A stretch of 64,000 bases of DNA from a bacterium. Its GTDB lineage: Bacteria; UBA8248. The translations under genes and the position numbers were made by a program. The DNA is taken from contig OZ241326.1 of the NCBI GenBank assembly GCA_965199855.1, positions 512,001 through 576,000 on the forward strand, written 5' to 3'. Shown piece after piece: positions 8,925 to 22,383 of the stretch. Every line of letters starts with the position of its first letter. The first letter of the stretch is position 1. The notes below the pieces were generated by a model, which saw only the letters and a program-made list of their open reading frames with translations, did no database searches and was not told the origin of the DNA.

Positions 8925-11137
8925 GAGGGAGACTTCCCCCGCCGATCGGGGCGATTCGCCGCCCCGTAGATTCTCCTGTATTCGCGGTAGTAGCCCAGCA
9001 CCCTCTTGACGTAGTTTTTCGTCTCCTCGTAGGGGATTTCCTCGATGAATCTCTCGGTCGGCTTGCCGCGCCCGGCCTTCCACCATCTTCTGACCGCGCC
9101 CCGGCCCGCGTTGTAGCTCGCGATCGCCGGCGCGAGCGCGCCGCCGAACTCGCGCACGAGCGCGCCCAGGTGCCGCGCGCCCAGGCGGGCGTTGATTTCG
9201 GGATCGAAGAAGTCGTCCGCGGAGGCGACGCGCGTCCCGTGCCTCCTCGCGAGCCTGCGCCCCGTGGCGGGCATGAGCTGCATCAGCCCCCGGGCACCGG
9301 CGGGGGAGATCGCGCGCGGGTCGAAGGCGCTCTCCGCGCGGATGACGGCGTTCACCAGATGAACGTCCGCCCCGCCGGGCTCCTTTTTCCTGACGACGAG
9401 CGGATAGACGATTCTCCAGAACTCCTCCGGCAGATCGCTTCCGCCCGATCGCGCGGCGTCCCAAAAGGACTTATTGATCAGGAGAATCGCGCGGTGGCTC
9501 TCGCCCGCCTCCGTGAAGGCGCGCGCCGCCCGGTAGCGAAAGTATCGCCCCGCCCCGAGGCGGTGATACTCGCGGGCGGCGTGCTCGTGCAGGCCCATGG
9601 AGGCGAGCAGCGCGGCCGTCCGCGCGCGCGCGGCGGCGCCGGGCGGAGGGCGCATCCACTCCCGATAGCCTGCCTCGCCGGGGGGCGGGACGGCGGCTAT
9701 GTCGCCTTCGCGCCCCAGGCGGCGCAGCGCGCGCAGCGCCTGCTGTCCGTAGTAGCGGTGGCGGTGGAGCCGGACGCAGGCGCGGTAGCCGGCGAGGGCG
9801 CGCTTTCGCTCTCCCGTCCTTTCCGCCGCCGCCGCCGCCCAATACCTGGCGGAAGCCGCGAGCCAGTGGCCGGGATGGGCCGCGATCATCCTGGAGAAGC
9901 CCCGGCGCGCCCGGCGGTAGTCTTTTCTCTGAAAGTCGAGCCAGCCGAGGCGGAACAGCGCCTTGGGCGCCAGGGGGGAGCGCGGGTGTCGGGAGATTAT
10001 CTCCTCATAGTAGCGCGCGGCGCCGGCGAAGCGGCGGTCGTCCTCGTGCACGCGCCCGAGGAGGTAGCGCGCCCGCGCCGCCCACTTTCCCCGCGGCTTC
10101 TCCCTGAGCAGGCGCCGCGCCTCCGCCTCGAAGGCGGGCCGGCTCCTCGCGCGCAGATGGTTGCGCGCCAGGTAATACCTCGCCTCCGCGCGGCGGGCGG
10201 AGCCCGGCGGATGATGGCTGATGGCGTGCGCGAGGGCGGGGCCCGCCCGCTTCGTTTCGCGCAGGGAGAAGAGCGTGAGCGCCTCCTGGAACGCGAGGCG
10301 CGCGTGGTAGGGAGCCTTGGGGAACAGGCGCCGGAATTCCTGAAAGCCTCCCAGCGCCTTCTCGAAGTAAAAGCGCTTTCTGAGGAGCCGCGCGCGCTCG
10401 TAGTGGGCCTTGGCGCCCGGGCCGGGCAGGGGCGGCGAGAAGGCGGCGGCGAGCGCCTCCGCGCGCTTTCGGGCGCGTCCCGCGCCGGGGCGCTCCGGAT
10501 GCCGCCGCCACAGCCGCCAGAAGGCGCGCGCGGCCTCGCGGCCTCGCCCGGCGGCGCGCAGGGCCTCGGCCTGGCGCAGCAGAAAGTCCGGCGCCTCGGG
10601 GGCGTCCGGAAACAGGCGGACGAAGCGCTCCGCGACCTTCGCCGCGCGCAGGGGCCTCTCCTCTTTCCGGTGGACGCGGACGAGGCTCGAATGGACGAAG
10701 GCGGGGTTCGGGGCGCGCTTTCCTTTTTCGATCAGCTCCTCGAGGGCGCGGCGGGCGAGGGCGTCGTCCCCGGCGCCCAGCGCGGCTTCGGCGAGAAAGA
10801 GCAGGGCGTAGCTCTCGAGCGCGGGAATCTCGCGGCGCGCCCTCCGGAGCGGCGCGACGGCCCGGGCGAACCGCCTGAGCCGCAGATGGGCGTGCCCCGA
10901 CAGGAAGGAGCGCCTGCCGCCCAGATCCGCTTTCCCCCGGCGCAGCGCCTGAAGCAGCTTCTCGTATTGCTTCGCCGCCGCGAGCTTCCGGATGCCGGAG
11001 GGCAGCGGAGGAAGCGCGGCTTCCCTCGCAAGGGGCGGCTTCGCCGCGCGGGGGGGGAGCGTCTTCTGCGCGGGCCGGGCGAGCGCGGGCGCGAGAAGCG
11101 CGAGAAGCGCGGCGGCGGCGCAAAGGCGCGGCTTCAC
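8921..11137 (-). CDS. slt: Soluble lytic murein transglycosylase (Slt70-like) with TPR superhelix
   Basis: Signal peptide; TPR repeats; C-terminal IRAESAFDP..SPAGARGLMQLMP, SYNAG, IPYEETKNYV; GTG 11137 overlaps upstream stop. Confidence 0.88.
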   Translation of the reverse strand: MKPRLCAAAALLALLAPALARPAQKTLPPRAAKPPLAREAALPPLPSGIRKLAAAKQYEKLLQALRRGKADLGGRRSFLSGHAHLRLRRFARAVAPLRRARREIPALESYALLFLAEAALGAGDDALARRALEELIEKGKRAPNPAFVHSSLVRVHRKEERPLRAAKVAERFVRLFPDAPEAPDFLLRQAEALRAAGRGREAARAFWRLWRRHPERPGAGRARKRAEALAAAFSPPLPGPGAKAHYERARLLRKRFYFEKALGGFQEFRRLFPKAPYHARLAFQEALTLFSLRETKRAGPALAHAISHHPPGSARRAEARYYLARNHLRARSRPAFEAEARRLLREKPRGKWAARARYLLGRVHEDDRRFAGAARYYEEIISRHPRSPLAPKALFRLGWLDFQRKDYRRARRGFSRMIAAHPGHWLAASARYWAAAAAERTGERKRALAGYRACVRLHRHRYYGQQALRALRRLGREGDIAAVPPPGEAGYREWMRPPPGAAARARTAALLASMGLHEHAAREYHRLGAGRYFRYRAARAFTEAGESHRAILLINKSFWDAARSGGSDLPEEFWRIVYPLVVRKKEPGGADVHLVNAVIRAESAFDPRAISPAGARGLMQLMPATGRRLARRHGTRVASADDFFDPEINARLGARHLGALVREFGGALAPAIASYNAGRGAVRRWWKAGRGKPTERFIEEIPYEETKNYVKRVLGYYREYRRIYGAANRPDRRGKSPS

Positions 11138-12336
11138 GCCGGCTTCCGCCGCCGGGTTTCCCGCCGGGCGAATTCGGCCTCGACCCCGCGCCGCGCCTCC
11201 TCGTCCAGCAGAAAGTCCGCGCCCGTCATCGCCAGCGCCTTGGCGCCCGCGAGGAGGACGCGCCTGCCCTCCTCTCCCGCCGCCGCCTCGGCGAATTCCC
11301 TGGTATGCGCGGAAACCCCCGCGGGAACCATCTGGATTTGCGGGTGAATGGTGGGCGTATGCTGGCTCACGTTTCCGACGTCCGAGGAGCCCATCCGCAG
11401 GGGCGGGAGCGGATCCGACTCGTGGATGCCGAGGATCGCCAGGTTTTTTCTGAACAGGGAGGCGAGAGGCGGGTTGAGCCGCATGGGGGCGTAGGCGACG
11501 GGGCCTTTCTCCGTCTCGAGTTCCGCGCCCGTCGCCTGGGCCGCCCCCCGCGCGCAGGCGATCAGCCGCTCGGTCAGCGCCGAGAGTCCGGCGCGCGTCT
11601 CGCTCCTCGCGTAGAACCACGCGGAGGCGCGCTCGGGGATGACGTTGGGCGCCTCCCCTCCCTCGGTGATGACGCCGTGCGCGCGATCCCCGGGGGGGAG
11701 CTGCTGGCGAAGCAGGGAGACGGCGCTGAACGTGGCGAGGAGGGCGTCCAGGGCGTTGACGCCCCGCTCGGGCGCGGCGGAGGCGTGCGCGGCGCGGCCC
11801 CTGAAGCGAAAGCGCAGCTCCGAGAGGGCGAGAAAGTTCGCCTCGGCCCTGGTTTCGTCCGATGGGTGCATCATCATGGCGGCGTCCACCTCCCGGAACA
11901 TTCCGGTCTCCGCCATGAGCGCCTTGCCGCCTCCGCCCTCTTCTCCGGGCGTGCCGAAGACGCAGACGCCTCCGCGTTCGGGCCCGATCGCCTTCCTGAG
12001 CGCCGCGCCCGCCGCCGCGCCGGCGACCCCGATGACGTTGTGCGCGCAGGCGTGCCCGAGGCCGGGCAGCGCGTCGTATTCGGAGAGAAACGCGACGGAG
12101 GGCCTTCGCGCGTCCGCCCCGCGCCCGTCCGCGCGGAACGCGGTGGGCAGGTTCGCCACCCCGCGCGTGAGCGCGAAGCCTTTTTTTTCGAGGTAGGCGC
12201 ACAGGCGCGCCGCCGCGCGATGCTCCTGGAGGCTCGGCTCCGGGTCGGCGTGAATTTCGAGGGCGAGCGCCCACAGCGCGTCCGCCTCGGCGTCGATGAA
12301 CTGCGAGATGGCGGCCTTGGCCTTCTGAGCGTCCAC
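11134..12336 (-). CDS. M20 family amidohydrolase/dipeptidase (PM20D2/AbgB-like)
   Basis: SEYDALPGLGHACAHN, GTPGEEGGGGK, MMHP, GSSDVGNVS motifs; GTG start inferred downstream of predicted promoter. Confidence 0.88.
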   Translation of the reverse strand: MDAQKAKAAISQFIDAEADALWALALEIHADPEPSLQEHRAAARLCAYLEKKGFALTRGVANLPTAFRADGRGADARRPSVAFLSEYDALPGLGHACAHNVIGVAGAAAGAALRKAIGPERGGVCVFGTPGEEGGGGKALMAETGMFREVDAAMMMHPSDETRAEANFLALSELRFRFRGRAAHASAAPERGVNALDALLATFSAVSLLRQQLPPGDRAHGVITEGGEAPNVIPERASAWFYARSETRAGLSALTERLIACARGAAQATGAELETEKGPVAYAPMRLNPPLASLFRKNLAILGIHESDPLPPLRMGSSDVGNVSQHTPTIHPQIQMVPAGVSAHTREFAEAAAGEEGRRVLLAGAKALAMTGADFLLDEEARRGVEAEFARRETRRRKPA

Positions 12337-12369
12337 GCGCGGCGCGCCTCCGGGGCGGGCGGGAAATTC

Positions 12370-12399
12370 ATTATCGCCGCGCGCGGAAGGGGATGTCAA
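12370..12399 (-). promoter_or_regulatory. Sigma70-type promoter for M20-slt-anmK-M20 operon
   Basis: Minus strand TTGACA-18 bp-GATAAT. Confidence 0.55.
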
Positions 12400-12422
12400 C
12401 GATTCGCGCCGCCCTGCGCGCG

Positions 12423-12451
12423 TTGACGCCGCTCCCCCAAAGGGCGATACT
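12423..12451 (+). promoter_or_regulatory. Sigma70-type promoter for tol operon
   Basis: TTGACG-17 bp-GATACT, back-to-back with the divergent promoter. Confidence 0.5.
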
Positions 12452-12482
12452 TCTCCTCCGCCCAGGAAGGCCCGGAAGGAGA

Positions 12483-13250
<768 letters not shown>

Positions 13251-13266
13251 GGGAGCGGAGCCTTCC

Positions 13267-13707
13267 GTGGCCGTCAAGCTGAACCGCAGTTCGAGCATCG
13301 CGGACATCAACGTCACGCCCCTCGTGGACGTGATGCTGGTGCTGCTGGTGATTTTCATGGTCACCGCGCCGCTGCTCGAGACGCGGAATCAGGCCGTGAA
13401 CGTGGACCTGCCGCAGGTGCGGGCGGCGAAGGCGAGCCTGGCCGAGGACGCGGTCGTCATCACGCTGGACAAAAACCGCGCCTTGTATATCAATGACAAC
13501 CCGCTCGCCGCCTCCGAGCTGAGGGAGAAGCTCGCGGCGCTCTTCAAGGGCAGGCGGCGCAAGGAAATTTTCCTGCGGGCGGATCGCGCGGTTCCCTACG
13601 GCGAGGTGGTGAAGGCCATGGCCGCCATTCGCGCGGCGGGAATCAGCCGCCTCAACATGGTGACCGACCCCCTGGAATCCTCCCGGGGCGGGCGGCGCGC
13701 CCGCTGA
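13267..13707 (+). CDS. tolR: TolR
   Basis: ADINVTPLVDVMLVLLVIFMVTAP; LRADRAVPYGEVV. Confidence 0.93.
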   Translation: MAVKLNRSSSIADINVTPLVDVMLVLLVIFMVTAPLLETRNQAVNVDLPQVRAAKASLAEDAVVITLDKNRALYINDNPLAASELREKLAALFKGRRRKEIFLRADRAVPYGEVVKAMAAIRAAGISRLNMVTDPLESSRGGRRAR

Positions 13708-13722
13708 GAAGGCGGTGGCCCC

Positions 13723-14802
13723 ATGAGACGAAGGAAGCGCGCGCTGATTTTCGACGGCCGCTTTCGCGCCGCGTGGATCATTTCCCTCGTTCTGCACGTC
13801 TCGCTCTTCGCCTGGGTGAGCCTCGCGCCCTCGCAGCCGAAATACCGCTTCTTCGGGAGCGGGACGGCCGTCAACCTGGTGGGCGCGGACGAGATTCCGG
13901 GCGGCTCGGCGCGCGGGAAATCCGGGGATCGGCCGGAGGATATGGAATCGCCGGCCCGCCTCGAGGGCCCGGCCGAGGGCGCGAGAAAGATCGCCGCGCC
14001 CCGGAAGAAGCCCGAACCCCGGAAGCCCGCGCCAAAGAAGAAAGTCGAGCAACCCGCCCCGAAGAAGGTCGAGAAGAAGAGCGCCGCCCAAAAAGAAGCG
14101 CCTCCCCGGAAGAAGCCCGCGAAAAAGAAAATCGTAGAAAAGAAGGCGCCTCCGAAGAAGAAAGCGCGCCGCATCGCGGTGAAGAAAAAGAATCCGCCCG
14201 GGAAGAAAAAAGTCGTCCGCAGGAAGAAGAAGCGCGACCCGGCGCTGGAGGCGCGCCGCAAGCGCATGCGCGAACGCCGCGCGCGCGCCGCGCGGTGGCG
14301 CAGGAAGTTCCGGGAGAGCGGCGCGAGCGCGTCCGCGCCTGGAAAAAGGAAGCCCCGCGATGGCCGGCCGGGCGGTGATCGTCTGGCGAAGGCGACCCTC
14401 CCTCCCGCGAGGCGCGCGCCTTCGCGGGGATACCCCGGCGAGGGCGGCGGCGACGGCCAGGGCGGCGGGAGCCGGGGCGGCGGGGGCGGCGGCGCCGCGC
14501 GGACGGATCTCGAGAGATACTACGGGCTTCTGGCGGAGCGGATCGGGAGCTACTGGACCCTTCCGCTCAACCTCTCGGACGTGGGCGGGATGAAGGCCGA
14601 GATCACGATTGACGTGAGCCGGAGGGGAGACTACCGGAAACTGCGGATTCACCGCAGCAGCGGAAACGTGATTTACGACCAGGCGGCGCTTCGCGCCGTG
14701 GAGCGCGCCGCCAGCCCCTCCCTGCCCAGGCCGCCCGATACGATACGGGAAGCCTGGCTGTTTCTCGGCTTCCGGTTCTGCGGAGAGAAGGGCGTCTGCT
14801 GA
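13723..14802 (+). CDS. tolA: TolA/TonB-like energy transducer
   Basis: N-terminal TM with SLVLHV (S-x3-H), K/P/R-rich linker, C-terminal SSGNVIYDQAALRAV domain; position between tolR and tolB. Confidence 0.82.
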   Translation: MRRRKRALIFDGRFRAAWIISLVLHVSLFAWVSLAPSQPKYRFFGSGTAVNLVGADEIPGGSARGKSGDRPEDMESPARLEGPAEGARKIAAPRKKPEPRKPAPKKKVEQPAPKKVEKKSAAQKEAPPRKKPAKKKIVEKKAPPKKKARRIAVKKKNPPGKKKVVRRKKKRDPALEARRKRMRERRARAARWRRKFRESGASASAPGKRKPRDGRPGGDRLAKATLPPARRAPSRGYPGEGGGDGQGGGSRGGGGGGAARTDLERYYGLLAERIGSYWTLPLNLSDVGGMKAEITIDVSRRGDYRKLRIHRSSGNVIYDQAALRAVERAASPSLPRPPDTIREAWLFLGFRFCGEKGVC

Positions 14803-16142
14803 TGCGGAGAAAAACGCAAGCCGGGCGCGGGCGCCGCGCCGTTCGCCGGGCGATGCTTCTCACGGCTGTGGTTCTCCTCTGGCCTCAAGCCGCGGCCGCC
14901 GAGCGCGTGTTCATCGACATCCACTCCCCGACGGCGAGAAAGATACGGCTGGCGATACCGGAGTTTCGCCCCCTCAAGGGCCGGCGCGACGCCCTGGGTC
15001 TCAGGATGGCGCAGGTCATCGAGTCGGACCTCAGGCGCACCGGGCTGTTCTTCATCCCCGACCGGAAGGGGTATCTGGAGAATCCCATGCGCGCGGGAAT
15101 TCGCAAGCATGAGCAGAAGTTCTCCCAGTGGAGCAAGGTGGTGAAGGTCGAGGCGCTCATCAAGGGCGGCTACGCCGTTTCGGGAAAGACCATCACCGCG
15201 GAAATCTATCTCTACGACGCGCTGCGCTCCGCCCAGGAGCTGGGCAAGCGGTATCAGTATCCCCGGAGCGGCTGGCGCCTGCTGGCGCACAGGTTCGCCA
15301 ACGCGGTGCTCGAGCGCTTCACGGGCGAGAAGGGGGTGTTCGACACCCAGATCGCGTTCGTATCGAGGCGCTCGCTCAGGGAGCGCGGAGAGATCTACAT
15401 CATGGACTGGGACGGCGCCGAGCTCCGGCGGGTCACGCGCAACGGCATGGGCAACAACGCGCCCGCGTGGTCGCCGGATGGAAAATGGATGTCGTATTCC
15501 TCGTTCAAGTCCAGCCCGCCGGGCGTGTTCCTTCTGCCCACGAACGGGGCGCGCGAGTTCAGGGTGAGCTCCGGGCGCGCGCAGGCCATCGGCGGGGCGT
15601 TCTCGCCGCGCTCGCGCTACTTCGCCTTCGCCGAACTCGTGGGGCGAAACTACGAGCTTTTCCGCTACGACCTGAAGACCCGCGTGAAGCGGAGGCTGAC
15701 GCGCAGCTTCGGCATCGACGTGTCGCCTACGTTCTCGCCGGACGGCGGAAAAATCGCCTTCACGTCGAGCCGCGCGGGAAATCCCCACATCTACGTCATG
15801 AACGCGGACGGCAAAGGCGTCCGCCGCATCACCCGCAAGGGAAAATACAACACCGAACCCGAATGGAGTCCCCGGGGGGACAGAATCGCGCTCACGAGCC
15901 GCGTCAAGCGGGGCAAGGAGATCGACATCGTCACCATGAACGCGGACGGCACCGACGTGCGCCGCCTCACGGGCAGCCAGGGACGCAACGAGTCTCCCAC
16001 CTGGTCTCCCGACGGCCGGCACATCGCGTTCTCCTCGGACAGGAGCGGCAGGAAGTACGTCTACGTCATGACTTCGGCCGGCACGCAGCTCAGGAGGCTT
16101 CAGCCGGGACAGGAGCCCGCCTGGTCGCCGAAGCAGAGGTAG
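14802..16142 (+). CDS. tolB: TolB beta-propeller protein
   Basis: AHRFANAV..FTGEKGVFDTQIAFV; repeated P.WSPDG propeller blades. Confidence 0.95.
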   Translation: MRRKTQAGRGRRAVRRAMLLTAVVLLWPQAAAAERVFIDIHSPTARKIRLAIPEFRPLKGRRDALGLRMAQVIESDLRRTGLFFIPDRKGYLENPMRAGIRKHEQKFSQWSKVVKVEALIKGGYAVSGKTITAEIYLYDALRSAQELGKRYQYPRSGWRLLAHRFANAVLERFTGEKGVFDTQIAFVSRRSLRERGEIYIMDWDGAELRRVTRNGMGNNAPAWSPDGKWMSYSSFKSSPPGVFLLPTNGAREFRVSSGRAQAIGGAFSPRSRYFAFAELVGRNYELFRYDLKTRVKRRLTRSFGIDVSPTFSPDGGKIAFTSSRAGNPHIYVMNADGKGVRRITRKGKYNTEPEWSPRGDRIALTSRVKRGKEIDIVTMNADGTDVRRLTGSQGRNESPTWSPDGRHIAFSSDRSGRKYVYVMTSAGTQLRRLQPGQEPAWSPKQR

Positions 16143-16192
16143 CCGACTCGGGGGGCAGGCCGAACGCCGCGAAAAAAAATCGGGAAACAGGC

Positions 16193-16221
16193 TTGCCCAT
16201 CGCGCGTTCGCCCTTTATACT
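16193..16221 (+). promoter_or_regulatory. Internal sigma70-type promoter for pal
   Basis: TTGCCC-17 bp-TATACT preceded by an A-tract. Confidence 0.55.
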
Positions 16222-16333
16222 GCGCGGATATTTGGGTTTGCGCGAATCGAGGGGAGGCGCTTCCGCTCAGGGCTTTGCCGCGCTTTCCGCTCCAGGGGCA
16301 TCGTAAGGAAAGGACTCCGGGGAGGACGTCTGA

Positions 16334-16924
16334 ATGTTTGTACCGGGCCGTGGAAAACCATATCAATTCCTGCTGGTGGCTGGATTGCTCGCGTTCGCCG
16401 TGGGCTGCGTGAAGCACACGGTGGAGACCGAGCCGGCTCCGCCGCCTCCGCCCAAGCCGGCCGCCATGCCGGAGAAGCCCGCTCCGAAGAAGGAAGTGAA
16501 GATGGAGCGCGACGTGACGGAGGAGGAGCGACGCCGCCGGCGCGCCGCCTTCAGGCGATCGATGGCCGAGTTCGAGAACCGCGTGGTCTTCTTCGATTTC
16601 GACAGGTCGGAGATTCGCCCCGACATGCGCGGCGTCCTGGACGCCAAGGCGCGCTTCCTTCAGGAGTTTCCGACCATTCGGGTGCAGGTCGAGGGGCACT
16701 GCGACGAGCGCGGCACGGTGGAATACAACATCGCGCTCGGCCACAGGCGCTCGCAGAGCTCGAGGGACTATCTGATCTCGCTCGGCGTGAAGCCCTCGCG
16801 CATCGACACGGTGAGCTACGGCGAGGAGCGTCCGGCCGACGCCCGCTCCAGCGAGGCCGCGTGGGCCAGGAACCGGCGGGCGAAGTTCAACGTCATCGGC
16901 GGCGTTCCGGCGGGCATGAACTAG
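16334..16924 (+). CDS. pal: Peptidoglycan-associated lipoprotein Pal
   Basis: Lipobox FAVGC; VFFDFDRSEI, EGHCDERGTVEYNIALG, SYGEERP, NRRA. Confidence 0.95.
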   Translation: MFVPGRGKPYQFLLVAGLLAFAVGCVKHTVETEPAPPPPPKPAAMPEKPAPKKEVKMERDVTEEERRRRRAAFRRSMAEFENRVVFFDFDRSEIRPDMRGVLDAKARFLQEFPTIRVQVEGHCDERGTVEYNIALGHRRSQSSRDYLISLGVKPSRIDTVSYGEERPADARSSEAAWARNRRAKFNVIGGVPAGMN

Positions 16925-16948
16925 CCGCCCGACTTCCCGCGCGAAGGA

Positions 16949-16993
16949 AAAGAACTCCCCGTCGGCGGCAGGCGCCGGGGAGTTCTTTCTTTT
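16949..16993 (+). terminator. Intrinsic terminator after pal
   Basis: AAAGAACTCCCCG...CGGGGAGTTCTTT stem followed by T-rich tail. Confidence 0.7.
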
Positions 16994-20090
<3,097 letters not shown>

Positions 20091-20152
20091 CGGGGGCAAA
20101 TGTTCCGAATCCACGCGCATCCACATACCCCCTCTCCCGCGGACGCCTTCTC

Positions 20153-21034
20153 ATGAGCCGGGTTCGCAAGGCCGTTTTTCCGGTGGCCGGCCTCGGCACG
20201 CGCTTTCTGCCCGCCACCAAGGTGATCCCCAAAGAGATGCTCCCCATCGTGGACGTTCCGCAGATTCAGATCGGGGTGCAGGAGGCCCTGGACGCCGGCA
20301 TCGAGGAGATCATCTTCATCACCGGGCGCGGCAAGGTCTCCATGGTGGATCACTTCGACGTGGCCTTCGAGGTGGAGTCCCATCTGCGCGAGCGCGGCGA
20401 GGAGAAGCTGCTGGCGGTGGTGGAGGAAATCTCCCGGAAGGCGCGAATCACCTCCATCCGCCAGAAGCGTCCCCTCGGGCTGGGCCACGCGGTTTTGTGC
20501 GCGAAGCCGGCCGTGGGGGAGGAGCCCTTCGCCGTCGTCCTGTGCGACGACATCATCCGGAGCGAGGAGCCCGCCATCGGCCAGCTCGTTCGCGCGTTCG
20601 AGGCCCACGGCGGCGGCGCGCTCGCGGGGCTTCGGGTCGAGAGGAGCGCGCTCTCCAGGTATGGCGTCGTCGATCCTTCCGGCGAGCCGCCCCCCGCGCC
20701 GGGCGTCACGCCCCTCAAGGGGATGGTGGAGAAGCCGAGGCCGGAGGACGCGCCCTCCGACCTCGCCATCATCGGCCGCTACGTTCTGCCGCCCGAGGTT
20801 TTCCCGGCGCTGGAGCGCGCGAGGCCGGACGCCAGGGGGGAGATTCAGCTCACCGACGGCCTGCGGCTTCTGCTCGAGGACGCCGCGCTCTACGCCTGTG
20901 AATACGAGGGCAGGCGCTACGACGCGGGCGACAAGCTGGGCTTTCTGGAGGCGACGGTCGAGTTCGCCCTGGAGCGCGAGGACGTCGGCCCCGCGTTTCG
21001 GGAGTATCTCAGGAGGTTGATGGCCTCATGCTGA
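20153..21034 (+). CDS. galU: UTP-glucose-1-phosphate uridylyltransferase
   Basis: KAVFPVAGLGTRFLPATKVIPKEMLPIVD, GLGHAVLCA, VEKP, GEIQLTD. Confidence 0.95.
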   Translation: MSRVRKAVFPVAGLGTRFLPATKVIPKEMLPIVDVPQIQIGVQEALDAGIEEIIFITGRGKVSMVDHFDVAFEVESHLRERGEEKLLAVVEEISRKARITSIRQKRPLGLGHAVLCAKPAVGEEPFAVVLCDDIIRSEEPAIGQLVRAFEAHGGGALAGLRVERSALSRYGVVDPSGEPPPAPGVTPLKGMVEKPRPEDAPSDLAIIGRYVLPPEVFPALERARPDARGEIQLTDGLRLLLEDAALYACEYEGRRYDAGDKLGFLEATVEFALEREDVGPAFREYLRRLMASC

Positions 21035-21110
21035 GCGAAGCCCCCGCGCCCGAACCCGAACCTCCGGGGCGGGCGTCCGCGAACCCAGGCCGGCGGGGAG
21101 GCGGCCTCTG

Positions 21111-22382
21111 ATGGACGCCGACCTCGTTTTCCGGCTCGCCGCCTTCGTCTTCCTCATGTTCTGCTCGGCCGGCTTCTCGGCCAGCGAGACGGCGCTGTTC
21201 TCCCTGCCGCGCCCCCGGGCGCGCGCCATGCGCCGCGAGGGCGGCGCGGGCGAGCGAATCTCCGATCTTCTGGAGAGGCCCCGGCGGCTCATCACCTCCA
21301 TCCTGATAGGCAACGAAATCGTGAACATCGCCGCCTCCGCGCTGTTCACGGGGGCCGTGGTCGCGCATCTGGAGCCCGACAGGAGGTGGCTCGCGCCCGT
21401 TTTCATGACGCCGCTGCTCATGATCTTCGGCGAGATCACCCCGAAGTCCCTCGCCGCGCGCTACCCCGAGCGCTTCTCGCGCCTGCTGGCGCGGCCCGTG
21501 TCCGCCTTCGCGCTCGTCATCTCTCCGCTGCGGTGGGTCTTCCTCCAGGCGGCGAACGGCGTTCTCTCCTGCATGGGCGCGCCCCCGCGCGCCCCCCAGA
21601 GCATCCTGATGGAGGATGAATTCCTGCATCTCGTGGACGCGGGCCACGCCGAGGGCGAGCTCGAGGAGGGCGAGCGCGAGCTCATTCATAACGTGTTCGG
21701 CTTTCACGACAGGACCGCGGCCGACGTGGCGGTTCCCCGCACGGACCTGGAGTGCTGGGAAATGGGCCTGCCCATCGCCGAGGTGGTCGAGCGCGTCCGC
21801 GCGGGAGCGCATTCGCGCATTCCGATTTTCGAGGGGGATCGGGATCGGATCGTGGGCGTCCTCTACGTCAAGGATTTCCTGCGCCAGACGGGGCGAAGGA
21901 GCTTCGACCCCGGCGAGCGCCTGACGAGGCGGATGCTGCGCGCCCCCCTCGTCGTTCCGGGCGGCATGAAGCTCGACCGCCTCTTCCGGCGCTTTCGCCA
22001 GGAGCGGACCCACCTGGCCATCGCGCAGGACGAGTTCGGCGGCACCCTCGGCCTGGTGACGATGACGGATTTGCTCGAGGAGATATTCGGCGAGATCAAG
22101 GACGAGCACGAGGAGGTCGAGGAAGCCTGGATCGAGCGCGGGGACGATGGCTCCTACCTGTGCCAGGGCCGCGTTCCCCTGGCGGAGTTCTCGGAGGCGA
22201 GCGGCTGGGCGCTTCCCGCCTACGAGGAGGCGAACACGCTGGGCGGCGCCGTATTCACGATGCTCGGCCGCGTCCCGTCGCCGGACGAGAGCGTTCGCCT
22301 GGGGGAGGTGGAATTCACGGTGACCGAGACGAGCGGCTCCCGCGTTCTCCGGGTGCGGGCGCGCAGGCGGGAGGATTCCTGA
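21111..22382 (+). CDS. CNNM/DUF21-CBS-CorC (hemolysin-like) transporter-associated protein
   Basis: FSASETALFSL, ILIGNEIVN, FGEITPK, HSRIP, DEFGG.LGLVT..DLLEEIFGEI. Confidence 0.9.
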   Translation: MDADLVFRLAAFVFLMFCSAGFSASETALFSLPRPRARAMRREGGAGERISDLLERPRRLITSILIGNEIVNIAASALFTGAVVAHLEPDRRWLAPVFMTPLLMIFGEITPKSLAARYPERFSRLLARPVSAFALVISPLRWVFLQAANGVLSCMGAPPRAPQSILMEDEFLHLVDAGHAEGELEEGERELIHNVFGFHDRTAADVAVPRTDLECWEMGLPIAEVVERVRAGAHSRIPIFEGDRDRIVGVLYVKDFLRQTGRRSFDPGERLTRRMLRAPLVVPGGMKLDRLFRRFRQERTHLAIAQDEFGGTLGLVTMTDLLEEIFGEIKDEHEEVEEAWIERGDDGSYLCQGRVPLAEFSEASGWALPAYEEANTLGGAVFTMLGRVPSPDESVRLGEVEFTVTETSGSRVLRVRARRREDS

Positions 22383-22383
22383 G

